A stretch of DNA of 64,000 nt, taken from sequence record OQ921725.1; one strand, 5' to 3'. This document shows positions 1 through 8,705 of this stretch, piece by piece. The notes below the pieces were generated by a model that saw only the letters and a program-made list of their open reading frames with translations, ran no database searches and was not told where the DNA came from. Numbering within the stretch: the stretch's first letter is position 1; every line of letters starts with the position of its first letter. The translations under genes were made by a program, and so were the position numbers.

Positions 1-77
1 CGAAGGGCGAACTCGAACGTCGGCTGTACGAGAAGGCCGAGAAGGTTCCTCGCCGGATGCTGTACGACATCTGGTGA
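1..77 (+). CDS. partial CDS, 3' end (..KGELERRLYEKAEKVPRRMLYDIW*)
   Basis: Open frame from base 3 to TGA at 75-77 with GC3-biased codons. Confidence 0.6.
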   Translation, partial: KGELERRLYEKAEKVPRRMLYDIW

Positions 78-86
78 GAGAGGAAA

Positions 87-159
87 GCTCCTGTAGCTCA
101 GGGGATAGAGCGCCGGATTCCGGATCCGGATGTCGCAGGTTCAATTCCTGCCAGGAGCA
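87..159 (+). tRNA. tRNA-Arg (anticodon CCG)
   Basis: Cloverleaf: acceptor GCTCCTG/CAGGAGC, D stem GCTC/GAGC, anticodon stem CCGGA/TCCGG with loop TTCCGGA, T arm GCAGG-TTCAATT-CCTGC; CCA not encoded. Confidence 0.93.
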
Positions 160-303
160 CGGCGGTGCCTGCGGAAATCCTTACTCCGCTTGGGCAGGGT
201 GAGGCCAACTCCAGTGATCTGCGTGGCAGCTCTCCTGGTGAAAGATCCCCTGCGGTCGTAGTAGGCGACCCCCGCATTCTCGTATCGGAGAGGAAAAGGA
301 AAA

Positions 304-621
304 GTGGACCACGAGATCGACGAGATCACAGTGATTGAGCTGCCGAAGCGGACCGGCATGTCATCCGGCTGGCCCCAGCAATACCGGATCATGATCACCC
401 CTTCGGCGCCCGGCCAGACGGTGCCCAGCCTCCCCTTCCTGCACAAGGGTGACGGATTCACCACGCTGGAGGGGCAGACGTACTGGGTCGAGAGCGCCAA
501 GCAGGTGCCCGTGCAGAAGGGGTACGTCTACTGGACGTGGGTCTACACGGCTACGCGCGACACGTCGGACGACCCGGAGCCGTGGGACGACACGCCTTTC
601 GACTCGCAGTTCGGTCGGTGA
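304..621 (+). CDS. hypothetical protein
   Basis: ORF with GAGAGGAAAAGG RBS; GTGA overlap with next gene. Confidence 0.75.
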   Translation: MDHEIDEITVIELPKRTGMSSGWPQQYRIMITPSAPGQTVPSLPFLHKGDGFTTLEGQTYWVESAKQVPVQKGYVYWTWVYTATRDTSDDPEPWDDTPFDSQFGR

Positions 622-1145
622 GCGGCGTGGCGGAGTACAAGGCAGGGGTCATCAAGCACGCTGGGGCCTGGTTCAAGCTGCGCGTGAACGACGACGGTGA
701 CTGGCTGACCGAGGTGGACGGCCGCGACCTGAAGCAGCCCACCAGGGCCAAGCTGGTCGCCGATATCGACCGCGTGATGCGCGTGAAGAAGAAGGCCGTC
801 AACATCCCCATCACGGTGGTCGAGAGCAAGAACAACGGCTACCTCAAGGTGAAGCACGGCGTCGTCACCGGCATCCACAGCGGGACCGGAAACCTGATGA
901 TCGCCTGGGACAGCGTGTCGGGTGGCGGCAACGGTCAGCTCACCGTCAGCACCACGGGCTACAGCAGCGACGAGGTGCTGCGCCGCCTGACGCCCAGCGA
1001 GGAGCAGGAGCTGGCCCGAGCGGTCAAGGAGGCGTACGACGCGGGCGAGTACATGCGGAACTACGTCAACCGCCTGCATGTCTACAAGGGCACCAAGGGT
1101 CTCGCCGACCAGGTTCAGGCCGAGCTGGAGAAGGGTGAGAAGTGA
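618..1145 (+). CDS. hypothetical protein
   Basis: Start moved to GTG at 618 (overlaps upstream stop); normal composition from VAEYKAG onward. Confidence 0.75.
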   Translation: MSGVAEYKAGVIKHAGAWFKLRVNDDGDWLTEVDGRDLKQPTRAKLVADIDRVMRVKKKAVNIPITVVESKNNGYLKVKHGVVTGIHSGTGNLMIAWDSVSGGGNGQLTVSTTGYSSDEVLRRLTPSEEQELARAVKEAYDAGEYMRNYVNRLHVYKGTKGLADQVQAELEKGEK

Positions 1146-1432
1146 TGACCTGGCAGGAGAAGAACCTGACGCGGGTCGAGGGCGCGACCGAGTTCCGCGA
1201 CATCGTCATGACGTTGGACCGGGAGGGGTACGGCAACGGCCGCATCTACGTGCGCCGGGTCGGCACCGATCAGGTCTACCGGATCATCCCCCGCCATACC
1301 GACCCGTTCCAGAAGATCACCTTCAGCGAGCTTTTCCTGTCCAACCATCCGCCGATCTACATGGAGGACTTCGCTCAGGCCATGATCGACGACAAGGACC
1401 GCAGCTTCCTCCTTGAGGTCTTCACCCGGTAG
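1145..1432 (+). CDS. hypothetical protein
   Basis: TGATG coupling to upstream gene. Confidence 0.75.
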   Translation: MTWQEKNLTRVEGATEFRDIVMTLDREGYGNGRIYVRRVGTDQVYRIIPRHTDPFQKITFSELFLSNHPPIYMEDFAQAMIDDKDRSFLLEVFTR

Positions 1433-1441
1433 GGAGGGGTC

Positions 1442-1666
1442 ATGTACGGCGAGTACTACGACGGAAGGCGCAAGCACCGGCCGATCAAGCGGCAGCCGCC
1501 GGGTCCCGAGGACATGCCGGACGAGGCGACGGCCGCACTGATCCGAGAGGCGATCGGCCGGTACCCGAAGGCGACGGCCGAAGAAGTGCGGATCTTCGTG
1601 AAGGAACTGGATCGCGGCCCCGAGTTCGACGTGAAGGCGATTCGCGCGGTCATGCACTTCGGGTAG
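1442..1666 (+). CDS. hypothetical protein
   Basis: GGAGGGG RBS, GC3 bias. Confidence 0.7.
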   Translation: MYGEYYDGRRKHRPIKRQPPGPEDMPDEATAALIREAIGRYPKATAEEVRIFVKELDRGPEFDVKAIRAVMHFG

Positions 1667-1669
1667 TAG

Positions 1670-1710
1670 TCAACTCAGCTACAGTTCGGTACAGTTGAAG
1701 AATCGCAACC
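1670..1710 (+). promoter_or_regulatory. putative promoter with TCAACT-N17-AGTTGA inverted repeat
   Basis: TCAACT 1670-1675, AGTTGA 1693-1698, -10-like TACAGT; near-copy at 15060-15100 on the minus strand. Confidence 0.55.
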
Positions 1711-1766
1711 CACGGAACCCCCGGTCTGGCGATCGGGGGTTCCGTCATCGGACGAGGAGAGAAGCG

Positions 1767-1979
1767 ATGGGCACGTACGACGGCGGGCAGGCGCCCGTGG
1801 ACAGCTCGACCTGGAAGCAGCCGACCAGCGGCAAGGGCGGCGAGACGCACCCGGCCCCGGCGCCGATGGTGCGCGACGAGACCACCGGCACCATGAAGCG
1901 GGCTGTCACCCCGGACCCGTACGCGAACGGCGGCAACGGCCACACCCTGCGCAACTTCGGCCACGGCGGTGGCCAGTGA
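1767..1979 (+). CDS. hypothetical Gly/Thr/Pro-rich protein
   Basis: GAGGAGAG RBS before ATG 1767; GTGA overlap downstream. Confidence 0.7.
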   Translation: MGTYDGGQAPVDSSTWKQPTSGKGGETHPAPAPMVRDETTGTMKRAVTPDPYANGGNGHTLRNFGHGGGQ

Positions 1980-2407
1980 CGACGAAGATCGAGAGCGAGT
2001 ACGACGTCGCCACCATCCTCGGATCGCTCGACACCGCCCGTTGGGGCGAGGTGCGTGAAGCCATCCGCAAGGGCGGTACCGGCTACGCGTTCGGGCCCGA
2101 CCTGGACTTCGGCGAGGCGCCCGAAGGCGGCGACAGCGAGGCCGAGTACATCTTCAACGAGGCCACCGAGATCGCCGGGACGAACCGGCTCATGCGTCAG
2201 GCCGCGCGCAGCCTGCACGGCAACCTGGACGAGGCGCTGCGCCGGATCAAGTCGGCCCAGCGCAACATCCAGGAGCTGCGCGACCTCGGCGACATCGAGT
2301 TCCTGGAGGGCAACGGTGACGTCGAGCAGTTCCTGAAGGACGCCGCCCGTGCGCTGCGCGCCGCCCAGGAGATGAAGCCCACCGACGAGACGGGGGAGAT
2401 GAAGTGA
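1976..2407 (+). CDS. hypothetical coiled-coil protein
   Basis: ORF, coupled overlaps on both sides. Confidence 0.75.
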   Translation: MTTKIESEYDVATILGSLDTARWGEVREAIRKGGTGYAFGPDLDFGEAPEGGDSEAEYIFNEATEIAGTNRLMRQAARSLHGNLDEALRRIKSAQRNIQELRDLGDIEFLEGNGDVEQFLKDAARALRAAQEMKPTDETGEMK

Positions 2408-2646
2408 CCGGATCCGGCTGGGACAGCCACGGCCATGTCAGCGACCGTGGCCGGTCCGGAACGGCATGCCGGAACCGAAAGCAGCACTTCGGCCACTGGG
2501 TGGTGACGGTCAGGAAGGCGAACTACTCCGCCTTCAACGGCTACCACCGCACCCCCAGCGACTACTCCGAGATCCGGTGCACGGCATGCCCGACGCGCTG
2601 GCGCTCGAAGGCCGCCTACGTGGACCAGCTTCCCGACGAGAAGTGA
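2404..2646 (+). CDS. hypothetical Cys/His (zinc-binding) protein
   Basis: WVV..R.ANYSAFNGYH.TPSDYS.I.C..C...WR motif. Confidence 0.7.
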   Translation: MTGSGWDSHGHVSDRGRSGTACRNRKQHFGHWVVTVRKANYSAFNGYHRTPSDYSEIRCTACPTRWRSKAAYVDQLPDEK

Positions 2647-2714
2647 CCCCACCACGGGCCGAGAAAACAGGGTAGATTTCCTCCGGCAAGACAGCAGAGA
2701 GACCGGAGAGAAAC

Positions 2715-2921
2715 ATGCCTGCTGGCACCGTGAAGTGGTTCAACGCCGAAAAGGGCTTCGGCTTCATCGCCCAGGACGGCGGTGGCCCCGACGTCTTCGT
2801 GCACTACTCGCAGATCAACGCCCAGGGCTACCGCAGCCTGGAGGAGGGTCAGCGGGTGGTCTTCGAGACCCAGCAGGGCAAGAAGGGGATCGAGGCGCAG
2901 GGCGTCACGGTCACTTCGTGA
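2715..2921 (+). CDS. cspA: cold-shock domain protein
   Basis: [15 protein letters not shown] (RNP1) and DVFVHYS (RNP2), 68 aa; resembles Streptomyces CspA. Confidence 0.95.
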   Translation: MPAGTVKWFNAEKGFGFIAQDGGGPDVFVHYSQINAQGYRSLEEGQRVVFETQQGKKGIEAQGVTVTS

Positions 2922-3430
2922 GAACGGCGGAGCGCCCCGACTGGGACGCCTGGGCCCTCGGCATCGCCGAGGCCGTCTCCCTCCGGGGTGACTGCACCAG
3001 GCGACAGGTCGGGGCCGTTCTGCTGGATGAGGCTCATCGGGTCATCGGCTGCGGCTACAACGGCGGCCCGCGCGGTGGCGAGAGCTGCCTGGCCGGTGAG
3101 TGCCCGCGCGGCAGGCACTACGAGATCTCGCGGTGCCCTGGGCCGCCACACCCGCCGGACTGCAAGTGCCGGGTTTTCACCGGCCAGTGCGCCTGCGGCG
3201 AGATGTGGCCCTGCACCTGGTCGGTGGCCCCCGGGAGTTCGTACGACACCGGGCCCGGCACGTGCATCGCGGTGCACGCCGAGATGAACGCCCTGCTGGA
3301 TGTCTCGGATCGCAGCCGCCTGGTCGGTGCCACGATGTACATCACCGAGCAGCCCTGCGCAGGGTGCTTGAAGATCTTGAAGAACACCGAGATCAAAACG
3401 TTCGTCTGGCCGGGCGGCCGGATCGGCTGA
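2918..3430 (+). CDS. dCMP/cytidine deaminase family protein with Cys-rich insertion
   Basis: [13 protein letters not shown]...GYNG, HAEMNAL and PCAGCLK zinc motifs; start GTG 2918. Confidence 0.9.
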   Translation: MRTAERPDWDAWALGIAEAVSLRGDCTRRQVGAVLLDEAHRVIGCGYNGGPRGGESCLAGECPRGRHYEISRCPGPPHPPDCKCRVFTGQCACGEMWPCTWSVAPGSSYDTGPGTCIAVHAEMNALLDVSDRSRLVGATMYITEQPCAGCLKILKNTEIKTFVWPGGRIG

Positions 3431-3435
3431 GTGAC

Positions 3436-3459
3436 GGGCCTCTCCTGACGGAGGGGCCC
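3436..3459 (+). terminator. hairpin terminator
   Basis: GGGCCTCTCC-TGAC-GGAGGGGCCC just after the deaminase stop. Confidence 0.65.
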
Positions 3460-3475
3460 GTTCTCGTATCCTCAA

Positions 3476-3487
3476 TGGCCTGGGCCA
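3476..3487. promoter_or_regulatory. variant palindromic operator TGGCCTGGGCCA
   Basis: One mismatch to YGRCCTAGGYCR; next to TAGAAT -10-like hexamer at 3491-3496. Confidence 0.5.
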
Positions 3488-3545
3488 TGTTAGAATCGAA
3501 GGACCAACTTGCCTTACTGGCAAGGAACTTCGGAGAGGGAAGAAC

Positions 3546-3989
3546 ATGGGACAGGTTGCCCCGTACCACCTGCTCGGCGATGCCAGCCAACCGGCTCTGG
3601 TCCTGATGGCCGGGCCGGACTACAGCCGGATCCGCGAGATCGTCTCGAAGGCGGGCATCGCCTTCGACATGCGGCACTTCAGCGGCGACGTGGATGTGGA
3701 CGCACTGAAGGCGGAGGTCGCCCGCGAAGGGCGCCCCATCGTCGTCTTCGCCTCCATGGCCGAGGTCGAGGGGCGGCTGGACCGCAGCGCCTTCGACGGC
3801 CGCCTCACCGATCTCGCGTACGCCGCCGACCGGATCGTCTACGTCGGCACGACCGGTGCCGCCCTCGTCCACCCGTGCTCGCCCGGTACCCGCCAGGAGA
3901 TCCGCAACGGCCACCTGACGGTGATCCAGAAGCTGGACGTCGTGGCGGCCGGTGAGACGGTCGTCGGCCTGACGGCGGACCGGCTGTGA
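3546..3989 (+). CDS. hypothetical protein
   Basis: GGAGAGGGAAG RBS. Confidence 0.75.
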   Translation: MGQVAPYHLLGDASQPALVLMAGPDYSRIREIVSKAGIAFDMRHFSGDVDVDALKAEVAREGRPIVVFASMAEVEGRLDRSAFDGRLTDLAYAADRIVYVGTTGAALVHPCSPGTRQEIRNGHLTVIQKLDVVAAGETVVGLTADRL

Positions 3990-4249
3990 ACACCGGACCC
4001 GACGACGGGTGGCCCGTGATTAAGCTGCTCGGGACGATCACGGACGAGGTCCGGAAGATCTACCCCGGGCTCAGCGACGAGGAAGCGCTGGAGCTGGTCA
4101 CCGTGGCGATCGAGCTGCTGGACAACCGGCCGGAAGGCGCGAGTCTCGGCGAAGCCTTCTCCGATCGGATGCACCGGGAGATCGTGCCGGGCCGCAGGAA
4201 CTGGGCCTCCCAGGCGCGTCTCGCGATCATGAACCGGAGGGACACGTGA
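3986..4249 (+). CDS. hypothetical protein
   Basis: GTGA coupling. Confidence 0.7.
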   Translation: MNTGPDDGWPVIKLLGTITDEVRKIYPGLSDEEALELVTVAIELLDNRPEGASLGEAFSDRMHREIVPGRRNWASQARLAIMNRRDT

Positions 4250-4773
4250 CCGACATCAACGATCTCGACCAGTACCTCGGCAAGTACGTGGAGCTGATCG
4301 ACCCGGATGGTGAGAGCGCGGCCGGTTTCCTCGTGAAGATCCACGACGAGATCGACTACATCCCGTACCCGGTGCGCACCGTGCTGCTCGACTGGGGCCA
4401 GGGCTGGCGCATCGGCGAGTCGACCGAGGTGAACATCCTCCCGGCACCCGACGGCCAGAAGGCCCCGCAGATCATCAGCGGGATCGACATCCTGCACAAC
4501 TTCGCGCACGACGGCGGCTGCCCGGACATGAACTGCCGGACGCGGGCTCGCATTCAGCTCCGCGCGCTGCGCGAGTGGCGCATGAAGCAGGAGAGCGCCT
4601 ACTGGCAGCACCGCTTCGTGCGCCGGGTGCGGGAGAACCGGGAGGACCCGGCCGCCGTGGCGTATGTGATCCGCCAGGCCGAGGAGGAAGGTGCCCCGCA
4701 GGACATCCTGGACCACCTCCAGATCCTGGCCGAGCGCGCCTACAGGGCCGTGGCCATGGGGGAGAAGCAGTGA
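4246..4773 (+). CDS. hypothetical protein
   Basis: GTGA coupling, GC3 bias. Confidence 0.75.
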   Translation: MTDINDLDQYLGKYVELIDPDGESAAGFLVKIHDEIDYIPYPVRTVLLDWGQGWRIGESTEVNILPAPDGQKAPQIISGIDILHNFAHDGGCPDMNCRTRARIQLRALREWRMKQESAYWQHRFVRRVRENREDPAAVAYVIRQAEEEGAPQDILDHLQILAERAYRAVAMGEKQ

Positions 4774-4970
4774 ACCCCACGCCGTGCCCCTGCTGCGGGG
4801 CGGAACGCAGGCGCAGGCAGTACCTGTGCACCTCCTGCTGGGACCAGCTCCGGGTCTGGGTGAAGAACGCCCTGAAGAAGACCGACGACCTGGCGGCCGA
4901 GCGCCTGCGTGAGCTGTACGACCAGATCCACGACCACCGGCTGCTGAACGAGATCGAGGTGACACCGTGA
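4770..4970 (+). CDS. small zinc-ribbon protein
   Basis: CPCC..(x9)..CTSCW; GTG 4770 overlaps upstream stop. Confidence 0.7.
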   Translation: MNPTPCPCCGAERRRRQYLCTSCWDQLRVWVKNALKKTDDLAAERLRELYDQIHDHRLLNEIEVTP

Positions 4971-5257
4971 GCGAACGTGTCAGCATGGTCCGCCTGCTGC
5001 ACGGGCTGATGTACCCGACGATCGCCCGCTGCCAGAACAAGAGCTGCTTCCTCGGGCGCACGCTGCCCGGGGTCCGGCTGGAGACCGGGGCGGTCATGGA
5101 GTTCGCCGTGGCCGACGACGCCATGCACGCGCTGCGCTCGCGCCTCGACGAGAAGAGGCAGCGGGACGACCTGATGGAGGCCATGCGGGCGGGCGGCCGG
5201 AACGTCGTGCGTTTCGATGCCCGGGGCGTCATGGTCGTCACCCGGCGGGAGGAGTGA
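4967..5257 (+). CDS. hypothetical protein
   Basis: GTGA coupling. Confidence 0.7.
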   Translation: MSERVSMVRLLHGLMYPTIARCQNKSCFLGRTLPGVRLETGAVMEFAVADDAMHALRSRLDEKRQRDDLMEAMRAGGRNVVRFDARGVMVVTRREE

Positions 5258-5427
5258 TGGACGCGGGGCGGATCCTCGGTGTCGGTATGGCGGGCGCGGC
5301 GATCCTGTCGGGCCTGCTCGTCGGCTCGGCCGAGCTGTACAGAAGACTGACCCAGCTCGGCATGAAGCCGGAGCAGGGGCCGGTGAAGACGAGCCTGTCG
5401 AAGGAGCCCGGCGATGAGGAAGGGTGA
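5257..5427 (+). CDS. small membrane protein (not in ORF track)
   Basis: TGATG coupling; MDAGRILGVGMAGAAILSGLLVGSAELY hydrophobic helix. Confidence 0.6.
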   Translation: MDAGRILGVGMAGAAILSGLLVGSAELYRRLTQLGMKPEQGPVKTSLSKEPGDEEG

Positions 5428-5884
5428 ACCGACACGCGCTGACCTGGCGCTGGGTGCACTGGCTGACGTGCGCAAGGTGCTCGACGAGTGGACCGGGACG
5501 GACTGGAGCCACACGAACCCGGCTCAGGAGATCGATCACATCGTGCACCTCGCGTACGCGAAGCTCCGCATGGAGTCCATGCGCCGCGAGCGCCGGTCGG
5601 CCACGTGGCTGGGTCAGGTGATCAGCGCCGTCTTCCCTCGCGAACTCGCCTGGTACCGGGAGCGGGAACCCGACACGGCGCTCTGCTTCGAGGTGCGCAT
5701 CACGGACGGAACGAAGGATGCGGTCGGCCGGAAGGTGGAGATCCGCCTGTCGGCCAACGACGCCGACTTCCTGGCCATGTCGATGAAGGGGATGGCCGAG
5801 TGGGGCAAGGGCAAGCCGGGCCCCGCCGACCGACTGGGGGAGCTGCTGCCCGGCGGCTCCGTGAGTGAGGAGGATCGGACATGA
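5414..5884 (+). CDS. hypothetical protein
   Basis: AAGGAG RBS, GC3 bias. Confidence 0.7.
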   Translation: MRKGEPTRADLALGALADVRKVLDEWTGTDWSHTNPAQEIDHIVHLAYAKLRMESMRRERRSATWLGQVISAVFPRELAWYREREPDTALCFEVRITDGTKDAVGRKVEIRLSANDADFLAMSMKGMAEWGKGKPGPADRLGELLPGGSVSEEDRT

Positions 5885-6294
5885 GCTACCCGACGCTGTT
5901 CTCGGTGCCCGGCATGAAGGACTTCGCCGAGAAGGTGGACGACGAGCGCGCCCGCCAGCTCAAGAAGTGGGGCGACCAGATCCACCCGGACATCGACCCT
6001 CGCGACATCGCGTTCGTGACGCACCACCACTACGAGTACAAGGCCCAGATCATGAAGGGGGTCAACGACGAACGTGAGACCCCCAGCCGGACCGTAGGCC
6101 GGTGCAGCAAGTGCCCGCCCGAGGGTGATCACAAGCACGTGGCCTGGGACTTCATACTCCTGGAGGAGGTCTACGAGGCGCTGGCCGAAGCCGCTGCCGG
6201 AGACCTGGAGAAGCTGGAGACCGAGCTGATCCAGACGGCCGCCGTCGTGGCGGCGTGGATCTACGACATCCGGCGCAGGAAGGGACTCGTCTGA
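5881..6294 (+). CDS. MazG-like nucleotide pyrophosphohydrolase
   Basis: ERARQ..KWG.Q.HP ... LLEEVYEA ... ELIQTAAV..AWI pattern typical of phage MazG-like proteins. Confidence 0.75.
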   Translation: MSYPTLFSVPGMKDFAEKVDDERARQLKKWGDQIHPDIDPRDIAFVTHHHYEYKAQIMKGVNDERETPSRTVGRCSKCPPEGDHKHVAWDFILLEEVYEALAEAAAGDLEKLETELIQTAAVVAAWIYDIRRRKGLV

Positions 6295-6818
6295 TGGACG
6301 GCATGGGCACCGCGCACTACGTGCGCGGGTCCGGCGATCAGCTCGACCGGCACGAGGGGCCCGTCGAGAAGTGCGGCGATCCGGGGTGCGCGTGGCCGAG
6401 GATCGGAGGCATGGTCACCGTGACCTCCAAGGGGCGTCAGGTGACCGGCTCGCTGCTGAACAAGGGCGACGACCGCGTTCAGGTGAAGACGCCCGACGGC
6501 AAGATTCATCCTGCCCCCATGGTCACGGTGCGGAAGGTCGAGTGGGGCGTCTACTGCCCTCACGGAACGAAGCTGATCGAGTCGGAGAACGCCGAGCACA
6601 CCTGTCACCTGCCGAAGGAATTCTGCGAGCGCAGCGGTGACCTCGGGCATCTCTGCATCGATCACCAGCCGTGGTGCCGGGGGTGCTATCCCGACGGGCA
6701 GAAGATCCATCCGTGGCCCTGCGGGGAAGAGGGCTGCACGGAGGCCGACTTCGACCGCGAGCAGCAGGAGGCGGAGGAGGCGCACTACGAGGAGTTGCGG
6801 CAGTCGTACTACCGCTGA
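6294..6818 (+). CDS. hypothetical Cys/His-rich protein
   Basis: TGATG coupling; multiple Cys. Confidence 0.7.
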   Translation: MDGMGTAHYVRGSGDQLDRHEGPVEKCGDPGCAWPRIGGMVTVTSKGRQVTGSLLNKGDDRVQVKTPDGKIHPAPMVTVRKVEWGVYCPHGTKLIESENAEHTCHLPKEFCERSGDLGHLCIDHQPWCRGCYPDGQKIHPWPCGEEGCTEADFDREQQEAEEAHYEELRQSYYR

Positions 6819-6837
6819 ACCGGAAAGGGTGAAGGAC

Positions 6838-7545
6838 GTGGAACGGCCCAAGAAGTCGAACGTCAGACACGGCATGGCTTCCTGCGGCCGGTACGGCTGC
6901 GAGAGGACCGAGTGCAAGGAGGCGTACTACCGGTCCCAGAAGCTCAGCCGGATCGGGCAGGAGCGAGGCGAGAGTGCACGGGTTCCGGCCGACGAGGCGC
7001 GAGCCCACGGGAAGCTGCTGACCGAAGCGGGCATGTTCGTGACGGACATCGCCCGGCTGGCCGGAGTCTCCCGCTCGATCGTCGGTCAGGTGATCTCCGG
7101 CCGGGTGGCCCGGATTCACCGCGACACGGCCGCCGCCATCCTCGGAGTGCCCGTTCCCCGCAAGGAGTTCGTCGGGTGTGACGGCATCGTTCCGGCCCTG
7201 ACGGCGCAGCGCAGAATCAGGGCTCTGAGCAGGCGAGGCTTCTCGCTGAAGGTCATGGCGCGCGAGATGAACGCCAGCGTCTTCACCATCGACAGCATCC
7301 GCAACGGCAACAGGGTGCGCATCCGCGCCTCCATGGATCAGGCGATCCACGCCGCTTACAACCGGCTGTGGAACGTGGATCCGCTGAGCCTCGGGGTGAC
7401 GCCAGGTGGGGTGACGCAGGCCAGGAACTGGGCGATCGAGCAGGAGTGGCCGCCCCCGGCCGCCTGGGACGACGACACGATCGGCGACCCGAAGGCGAAG
7501 CCGAAGGGCATGCTGCCCAAGGACAGGGACGAGATAGGCGCCTAG
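6838..7545 (+). CDS. helix-turn-helix DNA-binding protein
   Basis: N-terminal HG..SC.RYGC....C, HTH IARLAGVSRSIVGQV, second RRIRAL..RG.S..MA motif, C-terminal WPPPAAWDDD typical of actinophage HTH proteins. Confidence 0.75.
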   Translation: MERPKKSNVRHGMASCGRYGCERTECKEAYYRSQKLSRIGQERGESARVPADEARAHGKLLTEAGMFVTDIARLAGVSRSIVGQVISGRVARIHRDTAAAILGVPVPRKEFVGCDGIVPALTAQRRIRALSRRGFSLKVMAREMNASVFTIDSIRNGNRVRIRASMDQAIHAAYNRLWNVDPLSLGVTPGGVTQARNWAIEQEWPPPAAWDDDTIGDPKAKPKGMLPKDRDEIGA

Positions 7546-7566
7546 CGCCGGGAGAGGGGAAGCGTG

Positions 7567-8388
7567 ATGGCCACGCCGAACGGCATGACCACGGCCGAGC
7601 TGGACGACAAGCTCCGCCAGCACTTCATCAGCGACAAAGATCAGCTCGACCTTGCCGGGGCCGGAGCCGTGTACCTGACCGAGGTCACCGCGCCCGGCCA
7701 CTCCGGGCGCCGGGCCGACGCCGTGCACATCGGACTGTGGGCTTCGCGCGGCGCCGGGATCGTCGAGGTCTGCGAGCTGAAGGTGAGCCGCGCCGACTGG
7801 CTCCGGGAGCTGAAAGAGCCGAAGAAGGCCGAGGCGTGGTGGCCATACTGCAACATCTTCTGGCTGGTCGTGCCGCACGAGGGGATCGTGCAGGACGACG
7901 AGCTGCCCAAGGGCTGGGGCCTGATGATGCCCGGCACGCGGGGGCGCCGGTTCAAAGTGCTCGTGAAGCCGGAGGAGCGGGAGGCGCAGATCACGCCGGG
8001 CCTGCTCATCACCCTGCTGAAGAACACCGAGACCACCCGGACGAACGCGCTCCAGAGGCAGGAGCGGGAGCTGCGGCAGAAGTTCCACGACCAGGAGCGG
8101 CAGGCGCAGCGCCAGCGGGGCACCTTCAACGAGAAGGACCGGCGGCGCCTCGAACTCATGGACCGCCTGGAGGCCGCTCTGGGGGTCGGCCTGGCCGAGT
8201 ACTCCTGGGAGGACAAGCTGGAGCCGGAGGGGGCTGCTGAAGCCCTTCAGGCCCTCGTCCAGGGGCGCCTCCGCCTGGACAGGGCGAAGGATCGGGCAGA
8301 GTCTGCCGTCAGGGAGTTGGACCGGGCCGCCAGGACGGCGCAGGAGACGGCCGACAGGCTGCGCAAAGAGATGGGGATCAAGCGATGA
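7567..8388 (+). CDS. MmcB-like PD-(D/E)XK nuclease with C-terminal coiled coil
   Basis: E..(x9)..RADAV....VCELKVSRADWLREL..P.K...W..YC..FWLV motif. Confidence 0.7.
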   Translation: MATPNGMTTAELDDKLRQHFISDKDQLDLAGAGAVYLTEVTAPGHSGRRADAVHIGLWASRGAGIVEVCELKVSRADWLRELKEPKKAEAWWPYCNIFWLVVPHEGIVQDDELPKGWGLMMPGTRGRRFKVLVKPEEREAQITPGLLITLLKNTETTRTNALQRQERELRQKFHDQERQAQRQRGTFNEKDRRRLELMDRLEAALGVGLAEYSWEDKLEPEGAAEALQALVQGRLRLDRAKDRAESAVRELDRAARTAQETADRLRKEMGIKR

Positions 8389-8705
8389 AGGAGAAGAGCG
8401 TGCGGCGGATGTTCCGGTACGAGGTTCCGGTCGACGACCAGGAGCACCGGCACGTGGTCCACGGCGTCGTGAAGAAGGTGGCCACCCAGGAGTGGGTGCC
8501 CGGCAAGATGCCGGTCGTGGAGTTCTGGGCCGAGGACATCACCCCAGCGCCGAACGGCACGCTGCTTCAGCGCACCTTCCAAGTGTTCGGGACCGGTCAG
8601 CCGCTCCCGGAGAAGGCGAAGTGGCGCGGTACCACAGACCGGGACCCGGCCGGTCTGGTCTGGCACCTGTACGAGATGGTCGCGGAAGGGGAGGGCGATG
8701 ACTGA
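8385..8705 (+). CDS. hypothetical protein
   Basis: MFRYEVPVDD...RTFQVFGTGQP...W.GT....LVWHLYE, a recurrent phage unknown. Confidence 0.75.
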   Translation: MKEKSVRRMFRYEVPVDDQEHRHVVHGVVKKVATQEWVPGKMPVVEFWAEDITPAPNGTLLQRTFQVFGTGQPLPEKAKWRGTTDRDPAGLVWHLYEMVAEGEGDD

